NCBI GenBank assembly: GCA_965234725.1
Contig: CBDDUX010000109.1
Location: 1-34,848 of the forward strand
DNA from: Thermoplasmatota archaeon
Lineage (GTDB): Archaea > Thermoplasmatota > Penumbrarchaeia > Penumbrarchaeales > Penumbrarchaeaceae
DNA length: 34,848 nt
Direction: 5' to 3'
A program made the translations under genes and the position numbers. Positions 22,679 to 32,415 of this stretch are shown piece after piece (positions within the stretch are counted from its first letter, which is position 1; the number at the start of each line of letters is the position of its first letter). The notes beneath the pieces are model-generated. The model saw only the letters and a list, made by a program, of their open reading frames with translations. It searched no databases and had not been told where the DNA came from.

Positions 22679-23740
22679 TCAATTCTCATCGAGGAATTTT
22701 TCTATCAGGGGTAGATATTCCTGATGCTTTATTGTTATGGTATCCCCAGGTGAGAATAGATTGATCGATGGTTCGTGTTTGAGGTTGCAGAATTCCTCGA
22801 GTGCCGTTGAATAAAGTTGACGGTTCTTGGTGAACTGGTCGAAATCCCTGAAAAGTGAAAGGGAAATCGTTTCAGATCCGCCATAAACTGCAAAGAAGCT
22901 GGGTAGATGCAATGACCTGACATCTGGCCCCTTCCGATTCGATGGGTCATTCCTTTCATAGGTAGCCTCTACTAAACAAAGGATATTGAAACCCAGTTTC
23001 CCGTAATCTATCACCCGGGTCTTCTTGATCACTCCAAGGTCCAAGAGCTCTTTCTTGTGTCTTGCCACTGCTTGTCTTGTTGTGTCCAGATTGCTGGCGA
23101 TCTTGTTATCGGGAAGGTCGGGGGCTTCCAGTATCCCCTTGAGTATCATTTTCTCCTTCTTGGAGAGGTGGTAGATCTTATCCTTTGCCTTTTGAAGACT
23201 GAATTCTGCATTTCCCTTCTCAGGGTTCCCTTTGGGGCCAATGGAGAAGGCTCTTTCAAGGACAGCAGTATAATCGAAGTTCTTTGTAAGTGATGAGATG
23301 GTCAAGGGATAGAGTGTTGAATGCCATCTGTTCTCAAGAAAGAGTCCCCTATCTTTCAATCCAGACATGATCTGATCCTCGGATATCTTAAAATGGGTAT
23401 AATTTTTATATAAGGAAAGGTAGAACAGAGTATCTCCAAAGATCATGGCAGTATAGGTGTTCGGGTGGTTGAGGAACAAATTCTTAAGATGGGATACATC
23501 ACCTTTGTCCTTTACCATCCTGCTGAGTTGGGTCCAGTTTACGGATAGGAGTTCATAGTCCAATATCTCAACGTTAGGGACTATCCTATCAAAGATCAGG
23601 TCCATCCTCTTCATCTTGTTCTTTATAGCGTTCAATGTTGACATTCGGACCCCGATCTTGTCCGACAACTGTCTATCATTCAGCATGGGGTACCTTACAA
23701 GCCCCCAGAGTATGATCTTCTCATTCTTTGATAGCTTCAT
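22679..23740 (-). CDS. Tandem-duplicated Lrp/AsnC-like wHTH regulator
   Basis: Two similar halves: KLSKNEKIILWGLVRYPMLNDRQLS and HLSKKEKMILKGILEAPDLPDNKIA; second half has IDYGKLGF. Confidence 0.7.
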   Translation of the reverse strand: MKLSKNEKIILWGLVRYPMLNDRQLSDKIGVRMSTLNAIKNKMKRMDLIFDRIVPNVEILDYELLSVNWTQLSRMVKDKGDVSHLKNLFLNHPNTYTAMIFGDTLFYLSLYKNYTHFKISEDQIMSGLKDRGLFLENRWHSTLYPLTISSLTKNFDYTAVLERAFSIGPKGNPEKGNAEFSLQKAKDKIYHLSKKEKMILKGILEAPDLPDNKIASNLDTTRQAVARHKKELLDLGVIKKTRVIDYGKLGFNILCLVEATYERNDPSNRKGPDVRSLHLPSFFAVYGGSETISLSLFRDFDQFTKNRQLYSTALEEFCNLKHEPSINLFSPGDTITIKHQEYLPLIEKFLDEN

Positions 23741-23917
23741 TCACTGACCTCCTCCTTCTGTATCAGACCTGCTCTCCCCATAGCGATGTATATCTTAAAT
23801 CTTCCTGAAAAACATATCATTACCCATAATTGAATACGTTGAAAAATAATATTATGATACAATCTGTTATTATGTATATAATAATATAAGCAAATGGTCA
23901 AAAAGGAAGATCACTGA

Positions 23918-24835
23918 TCAATCCATGATCCCTTCAAGGTCGTCCATTCCTTTCTGATATCTTTCCATCTTCTCCTCAACAGCTGTCCCGCTCTCGGTGA
24001 GGATCCTAATTCCCTCATCACCCTTCAAGGTTCCGTCAATAATGGTATCGGATGTCGTTTCGATCCAGGTTCCTTTGAGATCACCGGCCAACCTGGCCGA
24101 ATGGTGAATATCAATCCTCCCCTCTGACCTGATACTGCCATTGATAACTACATTTTCTCCCAGATAGATGTCTCCCTTGGTACGGATCTCACCGAAGACC
24201 TGCACTTCCTCTCCGATATCAAGAGAACCCCCGATCTCCAGGTCACCAACAACCTGGCATCTCGCCGAGATCTTCATATCTCCTGGTATGATGATCTTGT
24301 TCTTTGTGATCCGACTACCTTTTGGGATATAGGTAAAATCCTGGGAGATCAAGAAGTTCTCCTCATCTCCTTCTTCAAGTTCCTTGAAAAAATTCTCCAC
24401 TTCTTTGGAGTCGTTCTTTCTTAACAGTTCAAGAAGATAAAGTAGGATATAGACTATCACTGAGATCGGATTGCGGATATTGATCCTACCCTTGGAATCT
24501 ATCGCTTTTGGATCGATCTCAACATCCTCTCCGATCTCGAGGTTCTTTCCAACGACCAGTTCTCCGGCGATCCTGCATCTTTCTCCTATGAATATATCAT
24601 TATCACCCGTAATATTCCCCAGAATACGAGTTCCTTTGTCTACCCGGACCTCTCCTATGGATACGATGTCTCCTTCCATTTCAATGGATTCACCGAGAAA
24701 GACCCTCCCCTCTGTGATCAGGTTTCTTGAAATGTAGGACTTGTCCGAAATGATCACATCTCCTTTGCATCTCACAAAGTTCTCGTCCATGACCGTTCCG
24801 GCGGGTATATTGCATAGAGACCTATCGAAGACCAT
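23918..24835 (-). CDS. Beta-helix repeat protein (polymer-forming cytoskeletal/bactofilin-like, COG4801-like)
   Basis: Repeated (I/V)xG(D/N)I..G.V.IG motifs in two blocks separated by a hydrophobic helix and an acidic linker. Confidence 0.7.
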   Translation of the reverse strand: MVFDRSLCNIPAGTVMDENFVRCKGDVIISDKSYISRNLITEGRVFLGESIEMEGDIVSIGEVRVDKGTRILGNITGDNDIFIGERCRIAGELVVGKNLEIGEDVEIDPKAIDSKGRINIRNPISVIVYILLYLLELLRKNDSKEVENFFKELEEGDEENFLISQDFTYIPKGSRITKNKIIIPGDMKISARCQVVGDLEIGGSLDIGEEVQVFGEIRTKGDIYLGENVVINGSIRSEGRIDIHHSARLAGDLKGTWIETTSDTIIDGTLKGDEGIRILTESGTAVEEKMERYQKGMDDLEGIMD

Positions 24836-24925
24836 TTTCCTTTCCCATTCCCCTTTATTATCGCTAATAAAAGGTAAGACATATTTACTATTTAATTGAG
24901 GCAGGGGGTGTCCCTGGGAAACGGA

Positions 24926-25378
24926 TCATAGATCGAGTAGAATTCTACCTGAGAACCCTCCAATAATCTCTTTGATCATCGCACCATGGTATGTGACAGC
25001 TTTCACCTCCATTCCCCCCTCTCCAGCGGGGATAGAGGCTTTGAAGAGCATGCCCTTCATCAAGAACCCGGGTTTGCCACCTAAGGATAATTGATGAAAT
25101 GTTAGGTCCCGGATCACATTGTTTTCCGAATCGAAGATAAAAAGGAGTTCAGAGAGTGCATCCACCATTGATGTTTCCCTATCTGAAGCCGGAAAGCTCA
25201 TTTCGAAAGGAATGCCTCCCCCCTCTAAAAGAAAACAATCGGACATCACGCCGTATAGGCCATCGACAAGGTTTCCAAGCATGGAATTCAGATCGGTCCC
25301 GCTTGCATCGATCCACAGGTCTGCCGTATGATCTCCGTATATGACGGAATCCTTATCAGGTCTGTAGATGGGGTCCAT
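24926..25378 (-). CDS. Archease
   Basis: DHTADL, EVKAVTYH, C-terminal LLDL; start uncertain (25378-25411). Confidence 0.9.
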   Translation of the reverse strand: MDPIYRPDKDSVIYGDHTADLWIDASGTDLNSMLGNLVDGLYGVMSDCFLLEGGGIPFEMSFPASDRETSMVDALSELLFIFDSENNVIRDLTFHQLSLGGKPGFLMKGMLFKASIPAGEGGMEVKAVTYHGAMIKEIIGGFSGRILLDL

Positions 25379-25455
25379 AAACGTCATAAGTTCGAAATCA
25401 TTTAAAAACAATGTCTCTTATCTTCCGATAACATTGGCGGTGATATCTTCTGAGA

Positions 25456-26490
25456 ATGATCAAGAGAGATGATATCAAAGGCGAATTCAGTCTGAGGATC
25501 ACCGACCGTGATGATCTATGGTTCCTTTATCAGGTGATAGGTCCAGGAGTTATTGCTGGATCATTGACCAACAGGAAGCTGGAATCAAAGGACGATCAGG
25601 TAAGGGCGGACTCACAGCCCAGGGTCAAGGTATATCTTCGGATCGAGGTCAAGGAGACGGAGTTCCACCCTTTTTCCGATGCATTGAGGTTGAAGGGGAC
25701 GATCCTAGAAGGTCCCCCAGATATCTCCGGACACCACACATTGAATGTAGAGCCGGGGACCAACCTTGATATCACTAAAACCACCATCACTGAACACGAT
25801 ATCCAATTGTTGGAAGAAGCTGAAAAAGCCTCCCTGATACCCAAGGCACTTGCATTGACAATCGACGATGAATCAGCTGAACTGTTCCGGTTGAGGGAAT
25901 ACGGACTAGAGCCCCTGGGAAGGATAGGAGCTGGCCCCGGGGGAAAGAGGTATCCTTCGAAGGACAAATGGGAGATCATGATGAAAGAGGTCCTTGAGCT
26001 AATAACCAATAACTATTCCCTAAATGTGCCGATAATCGTTACAGGTCCAGGTTTCTTCAGGGATGTCGCCGGGAAGGAGATCAGAAATATTCCCGGCATC
26101 AAAGCGGAAGATGTCTATGTTGTTCCATCTTCCTCAGTAGGCAGGTCTGGTCTGAAAGAGGCCCTCACGAGGAAGGAGGGAATGGAAAAGCTCTTGGAGA
26201 AAACTAGGTTTGCAAGAGAATCAGATTCGATCCAATTGATCATGTCGAAGATAGCAAAAGGAAAAGGAGCTGCTTACGGTCTCGAGGTGATCGAAAGGGA
26301 CCTTTCCCTTGGAGCAGTAGAATTACTGGTGATCACCGAAGAACTATTCAGGACGGACCATGGGAAGAAGCTTTTAGCCATATCTTCCAGGACCGGTTCG
26401 GACCATCTGATCATCTCAACATCACATGATGGTGGGAAGATGCTTCAAAAACTTGGTGGAGCCGCAGTCCTCCTCAGGTTTGAGACCTGA
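25456..26490 (+). CDS. pelA: mRNA surveillance protein pelota
   Basis: DDLWFLYQVI, EFHPFSDALRLKGTI, HHTLNV, GPGFF, AAYG, LGGAAVLLRF. Confidence 0.93.
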   Translation: MIKRDDIKGEFSLRITDRDDLWFLYQVIGPGVIAGSLTNRKLESKDDQVRADSQPRVKVYLRIEVKETEFHPFSDALRLKGTILEGPPDISGHHTLNVEPGTNLDITKTTITEHDIQLLEEAEKASLIPKALALTIDDESAELFRLREYGLEPLGRIGAGPGGKRYPSKDKWEIMMKEVLELITNNYSLNVPIIVTGPGFFRDVAGKEIRNIPGIKAEDVYVVPSSSVGRSGLKEALTRKEGMEKLLEKTRFARESDSIQLIMSKIAKGKGAAYGLEVIERDLSLGAVELLVITEELFRTDHGKKLLAISSRTGSDHLIISTSHDGGKMLQKLGGAAVLLRFET

Positions 26491-26587
26491 AACCCCCCTC
26501 CTCCTCTATAAGTTCATTACCAAGGTCGTTCCATTTGAGTTAGTTTAATAACGGTCGTGTATTTACTGATACAAAGAGGTTGGTAAA

Positions 26588-27523
26588 ATGAAGGTACTTG
26601 TCACGGATGGAATTGCCAAGGAAGCTGTGAGAATGCTTGAGGATGCAGGTCATGAGGTGAAAGAGGCTGATCCATCCCCGGAAGAGCTTTTGGAGATCAT
26701 CGGTGATTTCAATGCGATCCTGGTCAGGTCAAAGACCAAGGTGAAAGCAGATGTTCTTGAAAAGGCCGTTAACCTGAAAGTCATAGGTAGGGCCGGTATA
26801 GGTGTGGATAATATCGATATCAAAGCCGCAAAGGAGAAGGGGATCAAAGTTGTCAATGCACCCACCGGATCCACGTTATCCGTTGCCGAGCTGGCGTTCG
26901 GGCATATGCTTGCACTCTCAAGAGGGATCGTGAAGGGCAGTTCAAGCATCAAGGAAGGATTGTGGCTGAAGAAACAATTGAAAGGGATGGAGCTTGACGG
27001 AAAGACCATAGGGATCGTCGGATGCGGTAGGATAGGACAAGCTTTAGGAGATCGTTCCCGTGCCTTTGGAATGACAACAATTGGGTTCGATCCTTATCTG
27101 CCACCGGAAGTTGCAAAACAGGTTGGGATCGAATTGGTGGAACTGGATGAACTCTTGAAGAGATCGGATTTCATTTCTTTGCATGTAGCGTTGACCGATT
27201 CGACCAAGCATATGATATCCTCTCCTCAGTTCGAAATGATGAAGAACACAGCTTACATTATCAATTGTGCAAGGGGCGGGGTCATCGATGAAGAGGCCCT
27301 TTACAAAGCATTGAAGGAGGGCAAGATCGCTGGAGCTGGACTAGATGTTTTCGAAACAGAACCACCAGGCTCGATAAAACTTGCCGATCTTGATAATGTG
27401 GTGTTCACACCGCATATCGGTGCAAATACAAAGGATGCTCAGTTCAAGGCTGGTACACTTGTTGCAGAACAGGTCGTAATTGCCCTCAAAGGGGATGTAC
27501 CGCCTTTCTGGGTCAACAAGTGA
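26588..27523 (+). CDS. serA: D-3-phosphoglycerate dehydrogenase-like (short form, no ACT domain)
   Basis: LVRS.TKV, GRAGIGVDNID, GCGRIG, INCARGG, DVFETEP, TPHIGA; substrate not certain. Confidence 0.75.
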   Translation: MKVLVTDGIAKEAVRMLEDAGHEVKEADPSPEELLEIIGDFNAILVRSKTKVKADVLEKAVNLKVIGRAGIGVDNIDIKAAKEKGIKVVNAPTGSTLSVAELAFGHMLALSRGIVKGSSSIKEGLWLKKQLKGMELDGKTIGIVGCGRIGQALGDRSRAFGMTTIGFDPYLPPEVAKQVGIELVELDELLKRSDFISLHVALTDSTKHMISSPQFEMMKNTAYIINCARGGVIDEEALYKALKEGKIAGAGLDVFETEPPGSIKLADLDNVVFTPHIGANTKDAQFKAGTLVAEQVVIALKGDVPPFWVNK

Positions 27524-27588
27524 AGCCTTATACTGATGTTACAAAAGAAGAAGATAACGTATCTATGACGTGATTTATATTATACATT

Positions 27589-28692
27589 TCAACTTTGGTC
27601 TGAAATGATTGATCCGATCTCTTTCAAGATCCTGTCGGAGACAGTCTTTGTATCGAACCTCTTGGCCCTTTCAATACAATCTCCTTTCATCGAAATGAAC
27701 TCATCCATGCTTCTCTCAAGTATAATGTTCCTCAATTCATCTGTTGATCTGAAGAAGAATGCGACCTTTTCATCCAGGTATTCCAATGGTCCTCCTTCTT
27801 GGACGCAGATCACAGGCTTTCCTGATGCCATGGCTTCGATGGGAACCATGCCGAAATCCTCATCTTTTCCGGTGAATATGAATGCTTTGCATCTGGAATA
27901 AAGGTCGACCAGCTCATCATCGGAAACCCTTCCAAGGAATTCCACATCGGCTCCGATATCTCTTGATAACATTTCGAGCTTCTTTCTTTCAACTCCATCG
28001 CCAGCGATCTTGAGGTGTTCTCCAGTTCCTGCCATGGCCCGGATCTGCCAATCTACACGTTTATTTGGCCTGAGCCCTCCGGATGTAAAAAAGAAATCTT
28101 CGGAGGGTCGGTCCTTGAACTTGCCTGTATCAACAGGTGCTCCAACGGCCCCTCTAGGTCTTAGTCCATAAGATTTTTCGTATCTTCGCAATATTAGTTC
28201 GGAATTCGTGATCACCTGTCGGGGATCTACGACGGTTGTGAACAATCTCCTGTCAAGGTACTGCCTGTATCTGAAAAGGGATCGGGCAACTTGATAACGG
28301 GGAAATCCCCAAGTTCTCATTTCAGAGATCACCATTTCCTTCAGATCGAAGAAGCCTCTTTCAGGAGTGTGACAGAAGTAGATGTAGGGGGTCCTATCCT
28401 TTCTGATCCTGAAACATGGCATGGGGGTGGAATACATTATGAAATCCGCATCCACATCCTTCCTATGGGTCATGGCATTCCTTATCTCAAACTCTCTTCT
28501 TGTGAAGGATCCGGGATGCTTGATCTGGTGGACCCTGACCATTTTTGTAATTCCGGGGTATGACTCTTCCATCAAATCCTTGAAATCACATATATAGATC
28601 CTGGAACCCCATTGTTTAGCCATCTCGTAGACCAGTTTTTCTGATCCGTTGTTGCCCTCCGTTATCGAGGCATGAAGGATTGCGATTTTCAT
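27589..28692 (-). CDS. Glycosyltransferase family 4
   Basis: YFCHTPER, KRVD, EDFGMVPIEAMASGKPVI; start likely MKIAILH at 28692. Confidence 0.9.
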   Translation of the reverse strand: MKIAILHASITEGNNGSEKLVYEMAKQWGSRIYICDFKDLMEESYPGITKMVRVHQIKHPGSFTRREFEIRNAMTHRKDVDADFIMYSTPMPCFRIRKDRTPYIYFCHTPERGFFDLKEMVISEMRTWGFPRYQVARSLFRYRQYLDRRLFTTVVDPRQVITNSELILRRYEKSYGLRPRGAVGAPVDTGKFKDRPSEDFFFTSGGLRPNKRVDWQIRAMAGTGEHLKIAGDGVERKKLEMLSRDIGADVEFLGRVSDDELVDLYSRCKAFIFTGKDEDFGMVPIEAMASGKPVICVQEGGPLEYLDEKVAFFFRSTDELRNIILERSMDEFISMKGDCIERAKRFDTKTVSDRILKEIGSIISDQS

Positions 28693-28711
28693 AAATTCTC
28701 CTCTCATAATT

Positions 28712-29575
28712 TTAATACCCATTTAATATTCGGTTTTTAATTTTTCCAAGAGTTTTTTTCATTTTTAATGCTGAAATGTATAAATAATAAAATAGAATCA
28801 TGAATATATATCGGTTCTTGAAATTTCGCTTTAAGAATTTCTTATGACTTTCAATGTTCTTACGTTCATTTTTATTTTTTTCCTTATGATAACCTCCAGG
28901 AGATTTATAGATATGCCAGAGATATGCTTGAGGAACTGCAATATATCTCCTATGCGGTTTCAATTTAAGTGTTCTAAGAAATAGATCATCCTCCTCCCTC
29001 AACCCAGAACCTGGAACAAGGGTTGGCCATAGTTCTTCCAATCCCTCGAAGAATTCCCTGTAACAGAAGTATTGATTATGGCATACATGTTCGGTGGGGA
29101 CCAGGGATTTCTTTTTAGGGATTCCGGTGAAGAAACCATAGGTCTGATATGGATCCGTTGGTTGAGTGATGGGTGGTCTCAGGTTATTGATATCTTCTGA
29201 TTGGATGTACATTCCAAACAAGCATGTATTTTTATCTTGTTCTTTTAAGACATTATACAGATTATTAATATAATCTTCATGCCAGATCATATCATCTTCA
29301 TTATTTGTGATGATATTTCCTGAGCTCAGTCTAAAAGCTTCATTCCAGTTCTCACCACCCGTCCCTCTTCTGATCTCATTCCTTTTTATTATAAACCTAT
29401 TATCAGCGATATACTTTTCCAGAACCTTCCAGGTCCTTTCATTTGAACAATCATCAATTATCACTATTTCCAACTCAAGATCATCTGGGATGTTTGAATT
29501 TAAAATCGATTCGATGGACATCTCTATTGTGTCATCTCTATTGTAAGAGCTGATGAGGATACTGAGTTTATCCAT
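28712..29575 (-). CDS. Glycosyltransferase family 2
   Basis: SILISSYNR, IIDDCS, NEDD, REEDDL; noticeably AT-rich. Confidence 0.88.
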   Translation of the reverse strand: MDKLSILISSYNRDDTIEMSIESILNSNIPDDLELEIVIIDDCSNERTWKVLEKYIADNRFIIKRNEIRRGTGGENWNEAFRLSSGNIITNNEDDMIWHEDYINNLYNVLKEQDKNTCLFGMYIQSEDINNLRPPITQPTDPYQTYGFFTGIPKKKSLVPTEHVCHNQYFCYREFFEGLEELWPTLVPGSGLREEDDLFLRTLKLKPHRRYIAVPQAYLWHIYKSPGGYHKEKNKNERKNIESHKKFLKRNFKNRYIFMILFYYLYISALKMKKTLGKIKNRILNGY

Positions 29576-29742
29576 GAGCTAATATATGTTTCATATAAAA
29601 AAGAAATTCCATGGTTCATTTCAATAAGCAAACATCAGTAAAGAAGACCCCAATTAATAAGGAAATATTATATCTTCATCCCATTTGTGATCTAAAGTTT
29701 GAATATTTCCGCATCATTGTCCGAATATTTTTAACAGCTATA

Positions 29743-29862
29743 GAGTGTGTCCGAGAAATAATAAACAATCTCATCGGAGGGTATATTCAACCTTCAAACT
29801 CCCCGTTTTTCAAGGAATAGTTACCCCTCCGTGTGAATGAAAGTCATTTCTCGGACAGGCTC
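29743..29862 (+). mobile_element. 120-bp MITE, copy 2
   Basis: Same TIRs as copy 1; TATA duplicated on both sides; identical to copy 3. Confidence 0.9.
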
Positions 29863-29913
29863 TATACACAAAATAATTAATAATCGGATTTTCTACCATG
29901 ATAGCCCGGGGTA

Positions 29914-30801
29914 ATGATCATGACAATGGAGAATGATCCCAACAGGTCTGAAACCGTGATATTCCTTCACATTCCAAAGGCTGCAGGTAGTACAATTCAG
30001 AATATCATTGATAGAGAATATAGCAGATATCCTTCGGGATCCGTTTATTTGTTTGATGGATCCGATCTGGAACGAACGATTTCAAAATTTAAGGATATGA
30101 CAGAGAATGAAAGGAACAAGATTAAGATTTTAAAGGGGCATATGAACTATGGATTCCATAAATATTTCAAAAATAAATGTAAATATTTCACTCTTCTAAG
30201 GGATCCCGTGGACCGTGTTATCTCGGATTTCTATTACATTTTAGAGCAACCTTCTCATTCTCGTTATCAAAGAGTGATGAAAGAGAAGATGGATCTTGAA
30301 GATTATCTTAGAAGTAAAATGAGTGTGGCAATGGATAATGCCCAAACAAGACTTCTTGCAGGTTATCTTTCAGGTGTTGGAGATGTTAATGAAGGGGACA
30401 TTCCGTTCGGTGAATGTAATACCAGCATGTTAGATGATGCGAAAATGAATTTAAGGAATGGTTTCGCCGTTGTGGGTCTTACTGAAAGGTTTGACGAAAC
30501 ATTGTTGATGCTTCAAAGAACATTTGGATGGCGGACCCCTTTTTACACCAAGGCAAACGTAACAAAAAAGAGACCCAGGAAAAAAGAGGTATCGGAAGAA
30601 TCTTTGGAGTTGATAACAGAATATAACCATTTGGACATTCAATTGTATGATTATGCCGCCACCCTCTTCCAAGAGAAGATCGACTCCCTAGGGGAAGAAT
30701 TCCAAGAAGATCTGATAAAATATAAAAAAAGGAACTTGAAATATCAGAAGTTAGGGAAAATATCCGAACCCCTCTTCTTGCAGCTTTATAAACGAACATG
30801 A
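29914..30801 (+). CDS. Sulfotransferase family 2 protein
   Basis: 5'-PSB FLHIPKAAGST, 3'-PB LRDPVDRVISDF, VGLTERFDE, NHLDIQLY. Confidence 0.88.
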   Translation: MIMTMENDPNRSETVIFLHIPKAAGSTIQNIIDREYSRYPSGSVYLFDGSDLERTISKFKDMTENERNKIKILKGHMNYGFHKYFKNKCKYFTLLRDPVDRVISDFYYILEQPSHSRYQRVMKEKMDLEDYLRSKMSVAMDNAQTRLLAGYLSGVGDVNEGDIPFGECNTSMLDDAKMNLRNGFAVVGLTERFDETLLMLQRTFGWRTPFYTKANVTKKRPRKKEVSEESLELITEYNHLDIQLYDYAATLFQEKIDSLGEEFQEDLIKYKKRNLKYQKLGKISEPLFLQLYKRT

Positions 30802-31000
30802 ATATGCATTCAGGAGGCTCCCCCTACCTACAATTTTCCATGGCGATATCCTGCATTTTTGTTTGTTTGGGTATTTCGATCTAAGAGGAGGTGAAATACC
30901 TATAAACAAGGTTTTGTCAAGCTGTAAGGAGGAAAGCAGTGTGGATGTGTGTTCATTATTATGGGAACCTTTCGATATTGGCATCGTTCTGGATTATTAA

Positions 31001-31120
31001 GAGTGTGTCCGAGAAATAATAAACAATCTCATCGGAGGGTATATTCAACCTTCAAACTCCCCGTTTTTCAAGGAATAGTTACCCCTCCGTGTGAATGAAA
31101 GTCATTTCTCGGACAGGCTC
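31001..31120 (+). mobile_element. 120-bp MITE, copy 3
   Basis: Same TIRs; TTAA duplicated on both sides; identical to copy 2. Confidence 0.9.
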
Positions 31121-31242
31121 TTAATCTAATAATTAACATACAACAAGAGCGAAGCCCAATATGATGATATGGCCCAATATGGGCAGTTAACGAGATCCAC
31201 GACACTTGATTCATTATCCTGACCCACATGGTTAAAAGATCG

Positions 31243-32415
31243 CTAATTTATGGAGTGAGTGATATGGTTGCTGATGAAATGGGGAGAATGTGTGGAGATC
31301 TCGCTGTTGGCAATTCTCCTTTTGATATCGGAAGCGATCCTTACGGAAGCGTTCCCATCTCCGAAGGGATGTTTCCAAGAGTTTTTCTTGATATTCATGA
31401 CGGAATCGATGAAGAATTTGAGTTCTGTTTGTGAATATATATGGTCCCTGGGGTTGAAACGGATCGAACTTCCCACATCATATACTTCGGGTCTCTCGGT
31501 GGAAAACCTTGCCTGGATGGTTGGGATGCCTAAGATGCAAGATTCCTCGACAATGGTGCCAGAATCAGTGAGAACGTGGCTGGAGGAGTCCATTAAATAA
31601 AGTAGTTCCTTGTATCCAATTGGATCGAATATCGAAACATTATCTGGTATTTTGATATTGAGTTCTTTTAAACTTCTCTGTGTTCTGTAACCAGCAAAGA
31701 AAAGTACTTTGTAAGGTTCCATTCCGGCAAGGTTCATAATATTCCGAAGAGGTTCTTCTTCATCAATATTCTCTCTTCTATGGCAGGTCATAACTATGAA
31801 CTCGTTTCTTGTCACATTATATCTTGAATGGAATTCTCCATAGAGCGAATTCTCCTTTCTGGAAAGGAAGAACTCCTCAATGACATCGACGATAGGATTG
31901 CCGGTTACAACGATCCTTTCGGGGTAGATCCCTTCCAGGACCCCCTTATCCTTATACTGGGGGAGGTAAGCATAGATGATATCAGAAAGGTGATCGATCA
32001 TCACCCGGTATTTTTCTTCAGGCATTTTCCAATCGTATGATCTCATACATCCTTCTATATGAAAGATCGGAATGTTCAGCTGGGCTGGCGAAATACATCC
32101 GGCAACAGTATTGGTATCCCCCAGAAACAGGGCTAATTTTGGTTTCTCATTTTTCAAGACTTTGTACAATCCATTGATGATATTTCCGACAAGTTCAGCA
32201 TCGTTTTCTCCTTTTGCACCCACCTCATGATCCGGTTCCCTGATATCCAACTCACTGAAGAAAACATCTTTCATATTTTCTGAATAATGCTGTCCTGACC
32301 AGATGAACTTCAGATCGATTTCAGAGGATCCATCAAGAATTTTCAAGATCTTTGAGCATCTGATTATGTCTGGCCGGATTCCCAATATCAAAGCGACCTT
32401 ATTATTTTTCGGAAT
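31243..32415 (-). CDS. UDP-N-acetylhexosamine 2-epimerase (WecB/WbjD family)
   Basis: GIRPD, SGQHY, LGDTNT, HIEG.MRS, MPEE, HRRENI, TDSGT..EE, TERPE, GDGNAS; start is either ATT 32415 or TTG 32391. Confidence 0.88.
   Translation of the reverse strand: MPKNNKVALILGIRPDIIRCSKILKILDGSSEIDLKFIWSGQHYSENMKDVFFSELDIREPDHEVGAKGENDAELVGNIINGLYKVLKNEKPKLALFLGDTNTVAGCISPAQLNIPIFHIEGCMRSYDWKMPEEKYRVMIDHLSDIIYAYLPQYKDKGVLEGIYPERIVVTGNPIVDVIEEFFLSRKENSLYGEFHSRYNVTRNEFIVMTCHRRENIDEEEPLRNIMNLAGMEPYKVLFFAGYRTQRSLKELNIKIPDNVSIFDPIGYKELLYLMDSSSHVLTDSGTIVEESCILGIPTIQARFSTERPEVYDVGSSIRFNPRDHIYSQTELKFFIDSVMNIKKNSWKHPFGDGNASVRIASDIKRRIANSEISTHSPHFISNHITHSIN

Noticed and set aside
29611..29820. Short ORFs 29611-29820, 18724-18939, 20481-20675 and 20974-21177
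   Set aside because: They run through MITEs, the tRNA array or the tRNA itself and have no protein motifs
30880..31000. GGAGGTGA SD followed by a short ATA-started frame
   Set aside because: About 32 codons, no recognisable motif and no canonical start at normal spacing; at most a gene remnant
29743..31120. Composite transposon that arrived as a single unit
   Set aside because: The outer flanks differ (TATA versus TTAA) and each MITE has its own TSD
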